The notes beneath the pieces were generated by a model. That model was not told the DNA's origin. It saw only the letters and a program-made list of their open reading frames with translations, and ran no database searches. From Chitinophagaceae bacterium (GTDB lineage: Bacteria; Bacteroidota; Bacteroidia; Chitinophagales; Chitinophagaceae), in contig JAYSYY010000046.1 in assembly GCA_043727215.1 (NCBI GenBank), forward strand, positions 23,056-87,055: a stretch of DNA of 64,000 bases, read 5' to 3'. Of the stretch, positions 38,490-48,152 are shown piece after piece. Position numbers and translations under genes: made by a program. Numbering within the stretch: the stretch's first letter is position 1; every line of letters begins with the position of its first letter.

Positions 38490-41400
38490 CTAATTACTGC
38501 CCCTCCATTCCTGCGGGGTTAGCTGGTACTCCTGTTTAAAAACCCTGGCAAAATACCCGGGATCGCTGTATCCGGAGTCCATTGCTATAGATGCAATACT
38601 ATTAGAAGTTTTTTGTAATAAGGTTTTGGCATTATTGAGCCGGATGATACGAATGAATTTATTCGGCGAGCACCCGGTTAGCGCCTCTAATTTTCGATGT
38701 AGCTGTGAGTGACTCATAAACACCAGTTTACACAATTGCTCCACCGTAAAATTAGCTACCGTTAGATTATCTTCTATAACCTGCCTTATTTTTTTCACAA
38801 ACTCATCTTCCATTTTTGTGTCGCCGATAATGCCTTCTGTAAAAATTTCGGCAGGAACGGTGTTATTAGCTAATCCAGCCTTTTTTAGATAGTAAGAATG
38901 CAGACTTTGCCGGATTTCCATCAGTTTTTTAATTCTTACCAGGAGTTCTTCGCGATTAAATGGTTTTTCCAGGTACACGTCTGCGCCTTGTTCCAGGCCT
39001 TCTATCCTGCTTTCCATATCTGCCTTGGCGGTAAGCATAATGATAGGGATGTGGCTGGTATGTTCGTCCGCACGCAATTGCCGGCACAATTCAAAACCAT
39101 CTACAAAAGGCATCATCACATCTGTGATAACCAGGTTGGGAATTAACTGGCAAGCTATTTCAAAACCTTCTCTACCGTCTTTGGCTACGGCAAGCCGGTA
39201 ATCGGGCAGGCAGGAGGCCGTGTATGCCACCACATCGGCATTGTCTTCTACGAGTAATATCAATGGTTGTTCTGAAGTTTTTTCTGCACCCGGCTCAAAA
39301 GCTGCCGGCATAGGATCTTGGGTTGCCTTTACCAGGTGGTCATTGCCATTTATGACAGAAAAAATTGCTGTTTCTCCGGCTGTTGTCCTTTGTAGCGGAA
39401 GGGTGACCATAAACTCAGTTCCTTTGGTAGAGCCGGTGGGCGGGCTCTTCACGGTAATTTCACCTTCCATTAGTTTCACCAGTTCTTTGGAGAGCGCAAG
39501 GCCAATGCCTGTGCCTTCTGTTCTGCGGGTGTGGGTGTTATCCAGTTGATAAAACCGGTCAAAAATGTGCTGCAGCTGGTCTTCCGGTATGCCTATCCCC
39601 GTATCTTTTACCTTTATCACCAGGTTCGTTTTCTGGCTTTGCTCTGCAGGCACAATTTCTAATACAGTAATGTAAATATTGCCTTTTTCAGGTGTAAATT
39701 TTAATGCATTGGACAACAGGTTAGAAACGATCTGCCTTATTTTTTCCTGGTCAAATTCCAGGTAAAGTGTATCTATTTCGGACAAAAAATGTAACTGCTT
39801 TTGCTGGCTCTCGGCGAGCGAGTGAAAAGATTCTACCATGTAACGGAGAAAACTGATGATATCTGCTTTTGCCAATTGTAGCTGCATTTTACCCGTTTCC
39901 AGTTTGGAGAGGTCCAGCATTTCGTTTACCAGGTTCAGCAGGCTTTGGCCATTGCGGATGATCATGGCCATGCCGTTATTAAAATGTTCTGCCGGCTTAT
40001 TGATCACCTGCTGCGCCATGCCCAGTATAACAGTAAGTGGTGTACGAAACTCGTGGGTGATATTGGTGTATAGTTGTGTTTTTATGGTATCCAGTTCCTT
40101 TACTCTTTTTGCTTCCAGTTGCTCAAAATTTAGCTGAGACTTTAAGTGGGCCCTGTTTACGCTGAATTTAAACCAGGCGCGTATGAGAAGTGCAAGTAAT
40201 GATGCATAAAACCAGTAGGCCCACCAGCTACGCCACCAGGGGGGCAATATGGTCACTTGTAACTCAGCAATCCTGTTGCTCCAGATACCCTGGCTGTTGC
40301 TGCCCTGCACTTTAAAATTGTACTTGCCCGGGGGAAGGTGCAGGTAGGTGGCTGAACGCCTGTTCCCACTTTCCACCCAGTCTTTATCGATGCCGATTAA
40401 TTGATAGCGGTATTTATTTTGATCAGCTGCCGTGAAATCAAGTGCTGAAAATTCCAGGGTCAGAATATCCTGCAGGTAGTTGAGTGTTATACTTTTTGTT
40501 TGCTCAATATGGTTTTGCAACACCCCCGTTTTATCGCCTGGGTTCACCGGTATATTGTTGATGAGCATATTGGTAATGAATACCGCCGGTGTAAACTTAG
40601 TCTTCAGAATTTCTTTAGGATCAAATACATTCAATCCGTTTACGCCACCAAAGGCTAGGTGGCCATTGGGCAACCTGGCATAAGCCCCTGTATTAAACTC
40701 ATCATCCTGCAAGCCATACGCTTTTGTGAAATTTCTAAAAACCCACTGTGTACTATCATTTGTTTTCTGGGTGAGTAAACAGAAAATACCCATATTGCTG
40801 CTACCCCAGATATTGCCTTCATCATCGGGCAAAATGCCATACAGCACATTATGCGGTAAGCCTTGTTTAGCTGTAAGCTGGAAGAAATCACCTGTATTTT
40901 TATTTAACCTGTTCAGGCCACCGCCTTTGGTGCATATCCACAAATATTTTTCGGGCTCAATTGGATCATCCATGAAACAGGACACGTGGTTATAGTTGAG
41001 AGAATTGCGGCTTTTAGGGTTGTTGTAATACCAGGTTATTCCAGGTGCTTGTTGATTATTCAAAACAAGTTTTGCAAATCCATCCTGCGTACCTATCCAG
41101 AAAATGCCCTGCTTATCTTCATACAAAGCGGTGCAGATGGATTTTGGCAACATAGGCCTGCCGGCATTACTGTTAATGTTTATGCTATCAATTTTACCCG
41201 TGGCTGTATGATAGCGCTGGAATGCGCCGCCACGCCCCGGAAACCATATGGCTCCTTTGCTGTCTTCCAGCATTGGCTGCTTGTCTCCCACTCCCTGGTA
41301 ATCATTTATTTCCCGATGCGGTGTAAGTTTGCCGGATGCCGGGTTGTAATTGAAAAACCCTTTTTCATCACTTTTGATCCAGTAGTCCCCTTTTGTGGTG

Positions 41401-42581
41401 ACAATAAAATTATCTACCTGCGTAAGGGAAGGGATTTTACTGAACGGTGCATGGTACGTTCTTTCATTTGTAATGCGTTTCCATCCATAAGCAAAATCCC
41501 CGGTGAAAATATCATTTGCCGAAACCGGTACGATCCACCGCACACTGATCCCCGGGTTTTGCACTTTAAATTTTCCACCCGTCACATTGTATTTGCGCAG
41601 GCCATATCCCACGGAACCTGACCAGATTATTCCCGACCGATCGGCAATAAAGGGATAAATGGTACGGGTGCTTTCCGGCAATTGCAGGGTCCAATCTGGC
41701 TGCTTACCGGGTTCCCATTTACTCACGTCATAAAAACTCAACTCCCTGTGAAAATTCTCCCATAACTTTTCCCTCGGTCTGAAAATGATATTTCCTGCAG
41801 TTGTTTTGTTGGGGTCAAATAAGGGTACCGCTTTTTTACCATCATACAAAAAGAGGCTGCCATTAATGAGCACACTTTTATCAGGTGTAAAGAACCCGTT
41901 ATTTAAAAGCTGTCGATTTTTAAAGAGTGTAAAACTATTCTTAAGCGGGTTAAAGCTGTATACAGATCCATCCATGCCCCCTATCCACATGGTCCCGTTG
42001 TTGTCTTTTCCCATGCCATACACCTGCGCAGCGTTGGGCAATGCCAGCCGGGTGATTACCGGAACCGAATCCTTCCCAAAAAAATCTTTTTTTAACTCTA
42101 TGACGTTCAATCCTGTCCCATCTGTAGCTACCAATACCCTCCCGTCCGGCAAGCCCTCTATCAACCGGATGGCATTGCCGGAAATACTGCCCGCATCGGC
42201 TAACTGGTTCACAATGCGATAAAACTTACCGGTCTTTTTATCGTACACATTCAAACCATTGTCTTCTGTGCCCACCCAGATCCGTCCCCGCGGGTCTTCA
42301 AAAAGTTTTACAACGGTGTTGCTGCTAAGGCTACGGGAATTGTAGGGATCGTTGGAAAAAACTTTAAACCCATTACCGTCATAGCGATTTAGCCCGTTTT
42401 TAGTCGCCACCCAGATAAAACCCTCTGCGTCCTGTAGAATATCAAATACCATCCCCTGGGATAGTCCCTGGGCGGTCGATATGGTTTCGTAGCCCGGCAC
42501 GCTTTGCGCAGACCCTCGAAAGGTCAGCATAACCCCGGTAAATACTAGAAAAGCTGTTAGTGTGGTAAAAGACCGCCGCAT
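38490..42581 (-). CDS. Hybrid two-component system (beta-propeller sensor, Y_Y_Y, TM, HisKA, HATPase, REC, AraC HTH)
   Basis: Reg_prop repeats (WVATKNGLNRYDG), YRYQL Y_Y_Y, PPWWRSWWAY TM, THEFRTPL, GTGIGL, DVMMP, YFARVFKQ. Confidence 0.96.
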   Translation of the reverse strand: MRRSFTTLTAFLVFTGVMLTFRGSAQSVPGYETISTAQGLSQGMVFDILQDAEGFIWVATKNGLNRYDGNGFKVFSNDPYNSRSLSSNTVVKLFEDPRGRIWVGTEDNGLNVYDKKTGKFYRIVNQLADAGSISGNAIRLIEGLPDGRVLVATDGTGLNVIELKKDFFGKDSVPVITRLALPNAAQVYGMGKDNNGTMWIGGMDGSVYSFNPLKNSFTLFKNRQLLNNGFFTPDKSVLINGSLFLYDGKKAVPLFDPNKTTAGNIIFRPREKLWENFHRELSFYDVSKWEPGKQPDWTLQLPESTRTIYPFIADRSGIIWSGSVGYGLRKYNVTGGKFKVQNPGISVRWIVPVSANDIFTGDFAYGWKRITNERTYHAPFSKIPSLTQVDNFIVTTKGDYWIKSDEKGFFNYNPASGKLTPHREINDYQGVGDKQPMLEDSKGAIWFPGRGGAFQRYHTATGKIDSININSNAGRPMLPKSICTALYEDKQGIFWIGTQDGFAKLVLNNQQAPGITWYYNNPKSRNSLNYNHVSCFMDDPIEPEKYLWICTKGGGLNRLNKNTGDFFQLTAKQGLPHNVLYGILPDDEGNIWGSSNMGIFCLLTQKTNDSTQWVFRNFTKAYGLQDDEFNTGAYARLPNGHLAFGGVNGLNVFDPKEILKTKFTPAVFITNMLINNIPVNPGDKTGVLQNHIEQTKSITLNYLQDILTLEFSALDFTAADQNKYRYQLIGIDKDWVESGNRRSATYLHLPPGKYNFKVQGSNSQGIWSNRIAELQVTILPPWWRSWWAYWFYASLLALLIRAWFKFSVNRAHLKSQLNFEQLEAKRVKELDTIKTQLYTNITHEFRTPLTVILGMAQQVINKPAEHFNNGMAMIIRNGQSLLNLVNEMLDLSKLETGKMQLQLAKADIISFLRYMVESFHSLAESQQKQLHFLSEIDTLYLEFDQEKIRQIVSNLLSNALKFTPEKGNIYITVLEIVPAEQSQKTNLVIKVKDTGIGIPEDQLQHIFDRFYQLDNTHTRRTEGTGIGLALSKELVKLMEGEITVKSPPTGSTKGTEFMVTLPLQRTTAGETAIFSVINGNDHLVKATQDPMPAAFEPGAEKTSEQPLILLVEDNADVVAYTASCLPDYRLAVAKDGREGFEIACQLIPNLVITDVMMPFVDGFELCRQLRADEHTSHIPIIMLTAKADMESRIEGLEQGADVYLEKPFNREELLVRIKKLMEIRQSLHSYYLKKAGLANNTVPAEIFTEGIIGDTKMEDEFVKKIRQVIEDNLTVANFTVEQLCKLVFMSHSQLHRKLEALTGCSPNKFIRIIRLNNAKTLLQKTSNSIASIAMDSGYSDPGYFARVFKQEYQLTPQEWRGSN

Positions 42582-42660
42582 TTAATATAAAGATAATGTG
42601 TGCCCGCAGGTTTACAGCTATATGGTAATAAAAAATAATAGCGCTGCTTAATAATGACGA

Positions 42661-42728
42661 ATTAGTCCTGCTGATGCGTAATTTATCCTAAAGAAGAAGG
42701 AAAATATCCGGTCTTATAACGATTATCT
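42661..42728 (+). promoter_or_regulatory. Putative HTCS operator: imperfect direct repeats spaced about 20-21 bp
   Basis: ATTAGTCC (42661), ATTTATCC (42681), AAATATCC (42702), GATTATCT (42721) in the divergent region next to the HTCS. Confidence 0.45.
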
Positions 42729-42848
42729 ACTCACCCGGGACGTTTGTTTGCCGGAATTTTACAGTGTTACCCAAACCCCCGACTTCTTTCTTTCTTAACG
42801 GGGCTGTAACTATTAAACCCTTCTTTTAAACCAAAAAATCAATTTAAA

Positions 42849-43592
42849 ATGAACAAAAACTTTCGTTTGAAGACAAAAATGATGTTATTGCTTTGCATGC
42901 TTAGCCCTTTCCTTGTGATGAGCCAGGCCAAAAATGTGATTTCCACCCACCGTGTATTTCCAAAAATGGATAAAGTACTTGAGTTTGAAAAAGCATTGGC
43001 CGAACATGCACAAAAGTACCACAAGGGTACAGCCCACTGGCGGGTATTTGGAATACAATCAGGGCCGGATTTAGGAGGCTACCATATTTCTGAAGGGCCA
43101 ACAAGCTGGGAAACAGAAGACAGCAGAGGTGATTTAGGTACGGAGCACAATGTAGACTGGCATAAAAAAGTAGCCATCTATTTAACAAACAGGCAGTCGG
43201 GCGGCTATTCTGTGTACCAGGATTCTTTGAGCACTGTTGCGCTCGGCGATTTTTCAGATAAGATCAATATCACGCATGTTTATCCTAAGATGGGCCAGGG
43301 CGGCAATGTAGAAAATGTGATCAAGAAACTAAAAAAAGCATGGACCGCCAGTGGATCAACGGTAGCTGTTTATACGGCCAGCTCTTCCGGAGAATCGCAG
43401 TATACACTGGTCACCCGCTACAAGCAAGGTTTAAAAGAAAGGGCAGCCGGCTTTCGTAAACCTTTTAAAGAAACGTTTGAATCGGTAAACGGGGAAGGTT
43501 CTTACGATCAGTACATAAAGGATGTTGCTGAATTTTCAAATAACAGCTGGAGTGAATTGCTTTTTTTGCGCGCAGATCTAAGCTCTAAATAA
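42849..43592 (+). CDS. Secreted hypothetical protein, paralog of 3460..4206
   Basis: Signal peptide (VMS|Q); FEKALAEHAQKYHKG, LVTRYKQGLKE, LRADLSS. Confidence 0.7.
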   Translation: MNKNFRLKTKMMLLLCMLSPFLVMSQAKNVISTHRVFPKMDKVLEFEKALAEHAQKYHKGTAHWRVFGIQSGPDLGGYHISEGPTSWETEDSRGDLGTEHNVDWHKKVAIYLTNRQSGGYSVYQDSLSTVALGDFSDKINITHVYPKMGQGGNVENVIKKLKKAWTASGSTVAVYTASSSGESQYTLVTRYKQGLKERAAGFRKPFKETFESVNGEGSYDQYIKDVAEFSNNSWSELLFLRADLSSK

Positions 43593-43608
43593 ACCAACAA
43601 TAGATGGT

Positions 43609-43641
43609 AAGTCCTCAGGGGGAATAATCCCTGGGGACTTT
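43609..43641 (+). terminator. Stem-loop / probable terminator
   Basis: AAGTCCTCAGGG-ggaataat-CCCTGGGGACTT plus a short T-run. Confidence 0.55.
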
Positions 43642-43761
43642 ACTACAACAACACTGGTTAATAGCGCATCATGAATGGACCGTGCCTGGTCACAGCAAAA
43701 CCTTCAGTGTAGGAGGTCTCAGCTACACAAAAAAAGTGAATACCCACTTAAACCAAAGCTT

Positions 43762-44265
43762 ATGTCAAAAATATTTTACCCGGCCAGTCTCCTTATGCTA
43801 TGTTCCATCTGTCTCATGGCATGTAAATATTCAACTAAACCGGAGCCAGCCAATACTGCCAGCACCATAAGTTTAGATGCACCGGAATATTTCCTGTTAC
43901 GCCCGGAAGTTGAAAAAGGCTTTGGGTATTCCCATGCAGTAAAAATTGGTGATGACATCAAAATATCCGGAGCGGTGAGCATGGATGATAAAGGAAACCT
44001 TACTGCAGCTGGCAACATCGAACAGCAAATGAAGAATTGTTACAGCGACCTGGAAAAAATATTACAACATTATGGCTACAGCTTTGACGATGTGGTTGTA
44101 GAAAATATTTTTACAACCAATATGGCAGCGTTCATAAATGTTTCAGCATTTCGTAATTCTATTTACAAAAAACAATTTCCCACAGGTACATGGCTGGAAG
44201 TGAAAGGCCTTGCCTTACCGGGCCAGTTGATAGAGATAGATATGGAAGCCCATAAAACGAAATAA
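43762..44265 (+). CDS. Rid (RidA/YjgF/UK114) family protein with lipoprotein signal
   Basis: GYSHAVK, ISGAV, V..LALPGQLIEIDMEA; N-terminal lipobox LMAC. Confidence 0.85.
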   Translation: MSKIFYPASLLMLCSICLMACKYSTKPEPANTASTISLDAPEYFLLRPEVEKGFGYSHAVKIGDDIKISGAVSMDDKGNLTAAGNIEQQMKNCYSDLEKILQHYGYSFDDVVVENIFTTNMAAFINVSAFRNSIYKKQFPTGTWLEVKGLALPGQLIEIDMEAHKTK

Positions 44266-44369
44266 ATGGAGACTTTCAGAACTGGCCGCTCGACAATTTT
44301 ATTTTCGAAAAATTGAACATCCCCACGCAGCCGGATCCTTTTTAAAAGGTAAAAAAATAAATGCGGTTT

Positions 44370-45218
44370 ATGAAAAAGATATCATCACTCCTCATTGCGT
44401 TGGCATGTATCGCCTGCGTGCATGCCCAGGAAAATACAACATTTAAAATCTCCTATAACCACCTGGCCCTTTCCGTGAAAGATGTAAACCGTTCTGCTGC
44501 TTTTTACAACACCGTGATGATGTTACCGGAAATAACCAACCGGTCAGCAATTGACGGCATTCGCTGGTTTGGATTGGCGGATGGCAGCGAGTTACACCTC
44601 ATTTCTGTGATCAAAGAAAATGTCATCACCAATAAGGCCGTACACATTGGTTTAACCACCAATCAATTTGATGTCATTTTAAAAAGGCTGGTTGAATTAA
44701 AGATCTCTTATTCTGACTGGCCAGGTTCACCCAATACCGTAAACACGAGGGCTGATGGCATCAAACAAATTTACTTCCAGGACCCTGATGGTTATTGGGT
44801 GGAGGTAAATAGTGTGGGTGAAACTTCGCCGGACGTACAACAAACAAAAAATGAAGTATGGCAACTGGAAGAGGCTTACTGGAAATATGTGAAGGAAAAG
44901 GATTTTGCATCCTACCTCAATTTATGGGATGATCATTTTATTGGCTATCCATCTACGAATAAAATTGGTGGCAAAGATCATATCACGGACTGGATCATAG
45001 CAATGTATAAAGACAGGAAAAGTAATTTTAATTATGAATTGAACCGCCATGTAGAAAATGTGTTCGGCGATATAGTGATCGTTTTATATGATGCTACGCA
45101 AATATGGAAAAACGAAAAAGGAGAGGTAGTAGAAAAATCCACATTCAAATTAACGCATACCTGGAAGAAAACCGGCAAGGGCTGGGTGATCATTGGGGGA
45201 ATGGGTGCCAAAAAGTAA
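44370..45218 (+). CDS. Secreted VOC/glyoxalase domain fused to NTF2/DUF4440-like domain
   Basis: NHLALSVKD..FY, ELHL, QIYFQDPDGYWVEVN; C-terminal half ends THTWKK..KGWVIIGG. Confidence 0.82.
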   Translation: MKKISSLLIALACIACVHAQENTTFKISYNHLALSVKDVNRSAAFYNTVMMLPEITNRSAIDGIRWFGLADGSELHLISVIKENVITNKAVHIGLTTNQFDVILKRLVELKISYSDWPGSPNTVNTRADGIKQIYFQDPDGYWVEVNSVGETSPDVQQTKNEVWQLEEAYWKYVKEKDFASYLNLWDDHFIGYPSTNKIGGKDHITDWIIAMYKDRKSNFNYELNRHVENVFGDIVIVLYDATQIWKNEKGEVVEKSTFKLTHTWKKTGKGWVIIGGMGAKK

Positions 45219-45347
45219 TGTGGTAAATAGAAGTAATTGCCGCCCTTTAGTAAGGGCAATAAAGCAAAAAATCTTTTAAGGAATTTAACCCATGTTATTT
45301 TAAAAGGCCTGGGTTTTATTAAGAAAATTAACTGCATTCAGATAGAT

Positions 45348-46529
45348 ATGAATACCGGAACGATGACTACAAAACTGCCGAGAATAGAATCTATTGATCT
45401 GCTTCGTGGATTTGTGATAGTTATCATGGCGCTGGACCATGTACGGGATTATTTTCACGCAGATTCTTTACGCTTTGCACCTGAAGACCTTAGCCAAACC
45501 ACGCCTGCAATGTTTCTTACACGATGGATTACCCATTTCTGTGCCCCGGTATTTGTTTTTCTTGCGGGGACTTCTGCTTTCCTCTCGGGCCAGCGAAAAA
45601 CCAAAACAGAACTGAGTAAATTTCTAATCACAAGGGGGATCTGGTTGATCATACTTGAATTTACGGTAGTCAATTTTGCATGGTCTTTCAATTATACATT
45701 ACCCTTCATTGGGTTGGCGGTAATATGGGCCATAGGAGTAAGTATGATCATCCTGGCCGCTGTTATACATCTGCCATACAGGATTATTATAGCAAGCGGG
45801 CTAATTATAGTATTGGGCCATAATGTACTGGACCCTATTCATTTTGATAATGCTGTATGGTCGGCCTTACACGAGCCTAAGATTTTCAGGATTGATGAAA
45901 CGCATTTGGTACGATTTTCATATCCCGTATTGCCATGGATCGGTATTATGATCCTCGGTTATTGTTTTGGAAATTTGTACACAAAGGATTTTAGTGTTGA
46001 AAGAAGAAGGAAATGGCTACTGATTACTGGTACGGTTGCAACTGCATTGTTTATCATTGTTAGAGGCATAAATGTGTATGGTGATCCCGCCCCCTGGTCA
46101 GATCAAAGCGCTGCAACGTTCACTTTATTATCCTTCCTTAATACTACCAAATATCCCCCATCCCTGCTTTACACGCTCATGACCCTTGGTCCTTCCCTTT
46201 TATTTCTTGCACTGGCAGAAAAGCTATCCGGACTTGTGGCTCGTGCTATCATCCATATTGGCAGAGTGCCTATGTTCTTTTACATACTGCACCTTTACCT
46301 AATACATGGTCTGGCAATGTTTGCAGCAGCGTTCTCGGGTTACAACTGGACCGATATGATTTTGCAACGCAGAACCTGGGTTGATCCGCAACTTAAAGGC
46401 TACGGCTTCTCCCTGGCAACTACGTACCTCGTATGGATAGGTATTATTTTAATCCTTTACCCGCTTTGCAAATGGTACAATGGCTATAAAACCAGGCATA
46501 AAGAAAAATGGTGGCTGAGTTATTTGTGA
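45348..46529 (+). CDS. DUF1624 / HGSNAT-like membrane protein (copy 3)
   Basis: RIESIDLLRG, MALDHVRD, TRWITHFCAP, KYPPSL, EKWWLSYL. Confidence 0.88.
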   Translation: MNTGTMTTKLPRIESIDLLRGFVIVIMALDHVRDYFHADSLRFAPEDLSQTTPAMFLTRWITHFCAPVFVFLAGTSAFLSGQRKTKTELSKFLITRGIWLIILEFTVVNFAWSFNYTLPFIGLAVIWAIGVSMIILAAVIHLPYRIIIASGLIIVLGHNVLDPIHFDNAVWSALHEPKIFRIDETHLVRFSYPVLPWIGIMILGYCFGNLYTKDFSVERRRKWLLITGTVATALFIIVRGINVYGDPAPWSDQSAATFTLLSFLNTTKYPPSLLYTLMTLGPSLLFLALAEKLSGLVARAIIHIGRVPMFFYILHLYLIHGLAMFAAAFSGYNWTDMILQRRTWVDPQLKGYGFSLATTYLVWIGIILILYPLCKWYNGYKTRHKEKWWLSYL

Positions 46530-46570
46530 ATGGGTGAAGGGGTGAGTAGTGAGTGGTGAATAGTGAAATC
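46526..46570. repeat. Degenerate 7-8 bp tandem repeat (GTGA-core), reverse complement of the CTATTCAC family
   Basis: gtgaatgg gtgaaggg gtgagta gtgagtg gtgaata gtgaaat, overlapping the stop codon. Confidence 0.65.
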
Positions 46571-46676
46571 TTTGCAGTCTTTTCTTGAATCGACCTTTGT
46601 AAATAGGTAAAAACCTGTGATATAAAATAACCAATACCCGGTAACGGCCTGCTCTATAACTTATAAAATCAATTAA

Positions 46677-48044
46677 ATGAACCAAATTGTCCGGCTGAAA
46701 AAAAGTGCAGAATGGCCCGCACTTTCGGAGCATACTTTTTTTCGCTATTTCAGCTTTGCGATCCTGTATGTAGCACAGGGCATACCTGAAGGCATGACTT
46801 ATTTTGGCATACCGGCATGGATGGCAATGAACGGCAAAACACCGGGCGAAATAGGCGCCTTCATTGGCGTGCTGGGCATACCGTGGAGTTTCAAAATACT
46901 GGTAGCACCGCTTATGGACCGGTTTAGTTTTTTACCCATGGGGAGAAGAAGGCCATGGGTATTGTTCGGGCAAACAGGTTTGATCCTGAGCTTTATTGCA
47001 ATGGCGCTTGTACCTGACCCGCTGAATAACATGTCCGCACTGATGATCGCAGGTTTCTGGGTGAGTTTTTTTGGCGCTTTCCAGGACGTGGCCACAGATG
47101 GCATGGCCATAGATATTGTACCCGTTAACGAGCAGGCAAGAGCGAATGGGTTAATGTGGGGAGCAAAAACGGTCGGTATTTCCCTTTCATTGGTAGCAGG
47201 CACCTATATCCTGAACAATTACAGTTTCCAGGCGGCTATTCTTACACTCGCTGTGGTCGTGTGCCTTATCATGCTGGTACCGCTGTTGTTACGGGAGCGG
47301 CCGGGAGAAAGGTTGCTCCCCTGGACTAAAGGTCAAACCACTCCGGCAGTAGCAAAGATCCAGTTGAAAAGCTTTGCCCAGATTTTTAAAAGTTTGTATA
47401 AAGTGGTTATCCTGCCTTCCAGTTTGTTGATGGGCGTTGCGTTCTTTTCTTTTAATACCGGCGTCGGCTTAATTGATGCCGTGTTCCCGGTCTTTACCAT
47501 CCAGGAATCGGGGTGGAACAACGAAAGTTATTCCCATATATTTTCAATAGTGAACATCGTAAGTGGTTTGCTGGGCATGGTGGCAGGTGGTTTTCTTTCT
47601 GACAGGTTCGGTAAAAGAAGGATGATCAGCATCTACCTCGTTGTATTGTTAGCCTTATTTGCAGGAATGTTCCTGCTGAAATCCTTTTGGAACAGCGATT
47701 TTATTATCACCGGTTTTATGGGGTTGTATTATGTATTGTATGTGTTTATCACCATCGGATCCTTTGCCATTGGCATGGAGCTTTGCTGGTGCAGGGTTTC
47801 CGCCACGCAATTCACTTTGTATATGGCTGTGTCCAATATCGGAAGGGCGGTTGGGGCTTCCCTGCTGGGCCCGTTAAAAGAAGCTTTTGCCTGGGAGTAT
47901 GTATTTCTAATAGTAGGAGGGTTCGCATTGGTATCGCTGCTTTTTATAATGGTGCTGAGGATGAAAGAACACCTGGACAGGCTGGATTGTATGGAGGCAG
48001 ATGAAGCGGTAAAGGATTACCAGGAACTCAGGTTAGTTGTATAA
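46677..48044 (+). CDS. MFS transporter, AmpG-like
   Basis: LYVAQGIP, PWSFK.L.APLMD, GRRRPW, QDVATDG, ATQFTLYMA..N. Confidence 0.85.
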   Translation: MNQIVRLKKSAEWPALSEHTFFRYFSFAILYVAQGIPEGMTYFGIPAWMAMNGKTPGEIGAFIGVLGIPWSFKILVAPLMDRFSFLPMGRRRPWVLFGQTGLILSFIAMALVPDPLNNMSALMIAGFWVSFFGAFQDVATDGMAIDIVPVNEQARANGLMWGAKTVGISLSLVAGTYILNNYSFQAAILTLAVVVCLIMLVPLLLRERPGERLLPWTKGQTTPAVAKIQLKSFAQIFKSLYKVVILPSSLLMGVAFFSFNTGVGLIDAVFPVFTIQESGWNNESYSHIFSIVNIVSGLLGMVAGGFLSDRFGKRRMISIYLVVLLALFAGMFLLKSFWNSDFIITGFMGLYYVLYVFITIGSFAIGMELCWCRVSATQFTLYMAVSNIGRAVGASLLGPLKEAFAWEYVFLIVGGFALVSLLFIMVLRMKEHLDRLDCMEADEAVKDYQELRLVV

Positions 48045-48152
48045 AACAGGAAATTATTTAAGCATGACTTAAAAGAAATTATGTGTTAACACCCGGTATT
48101 AACAGGCCAAACACAGGAATAACTCAACATTTTTATTACCAAAATATTTTTT

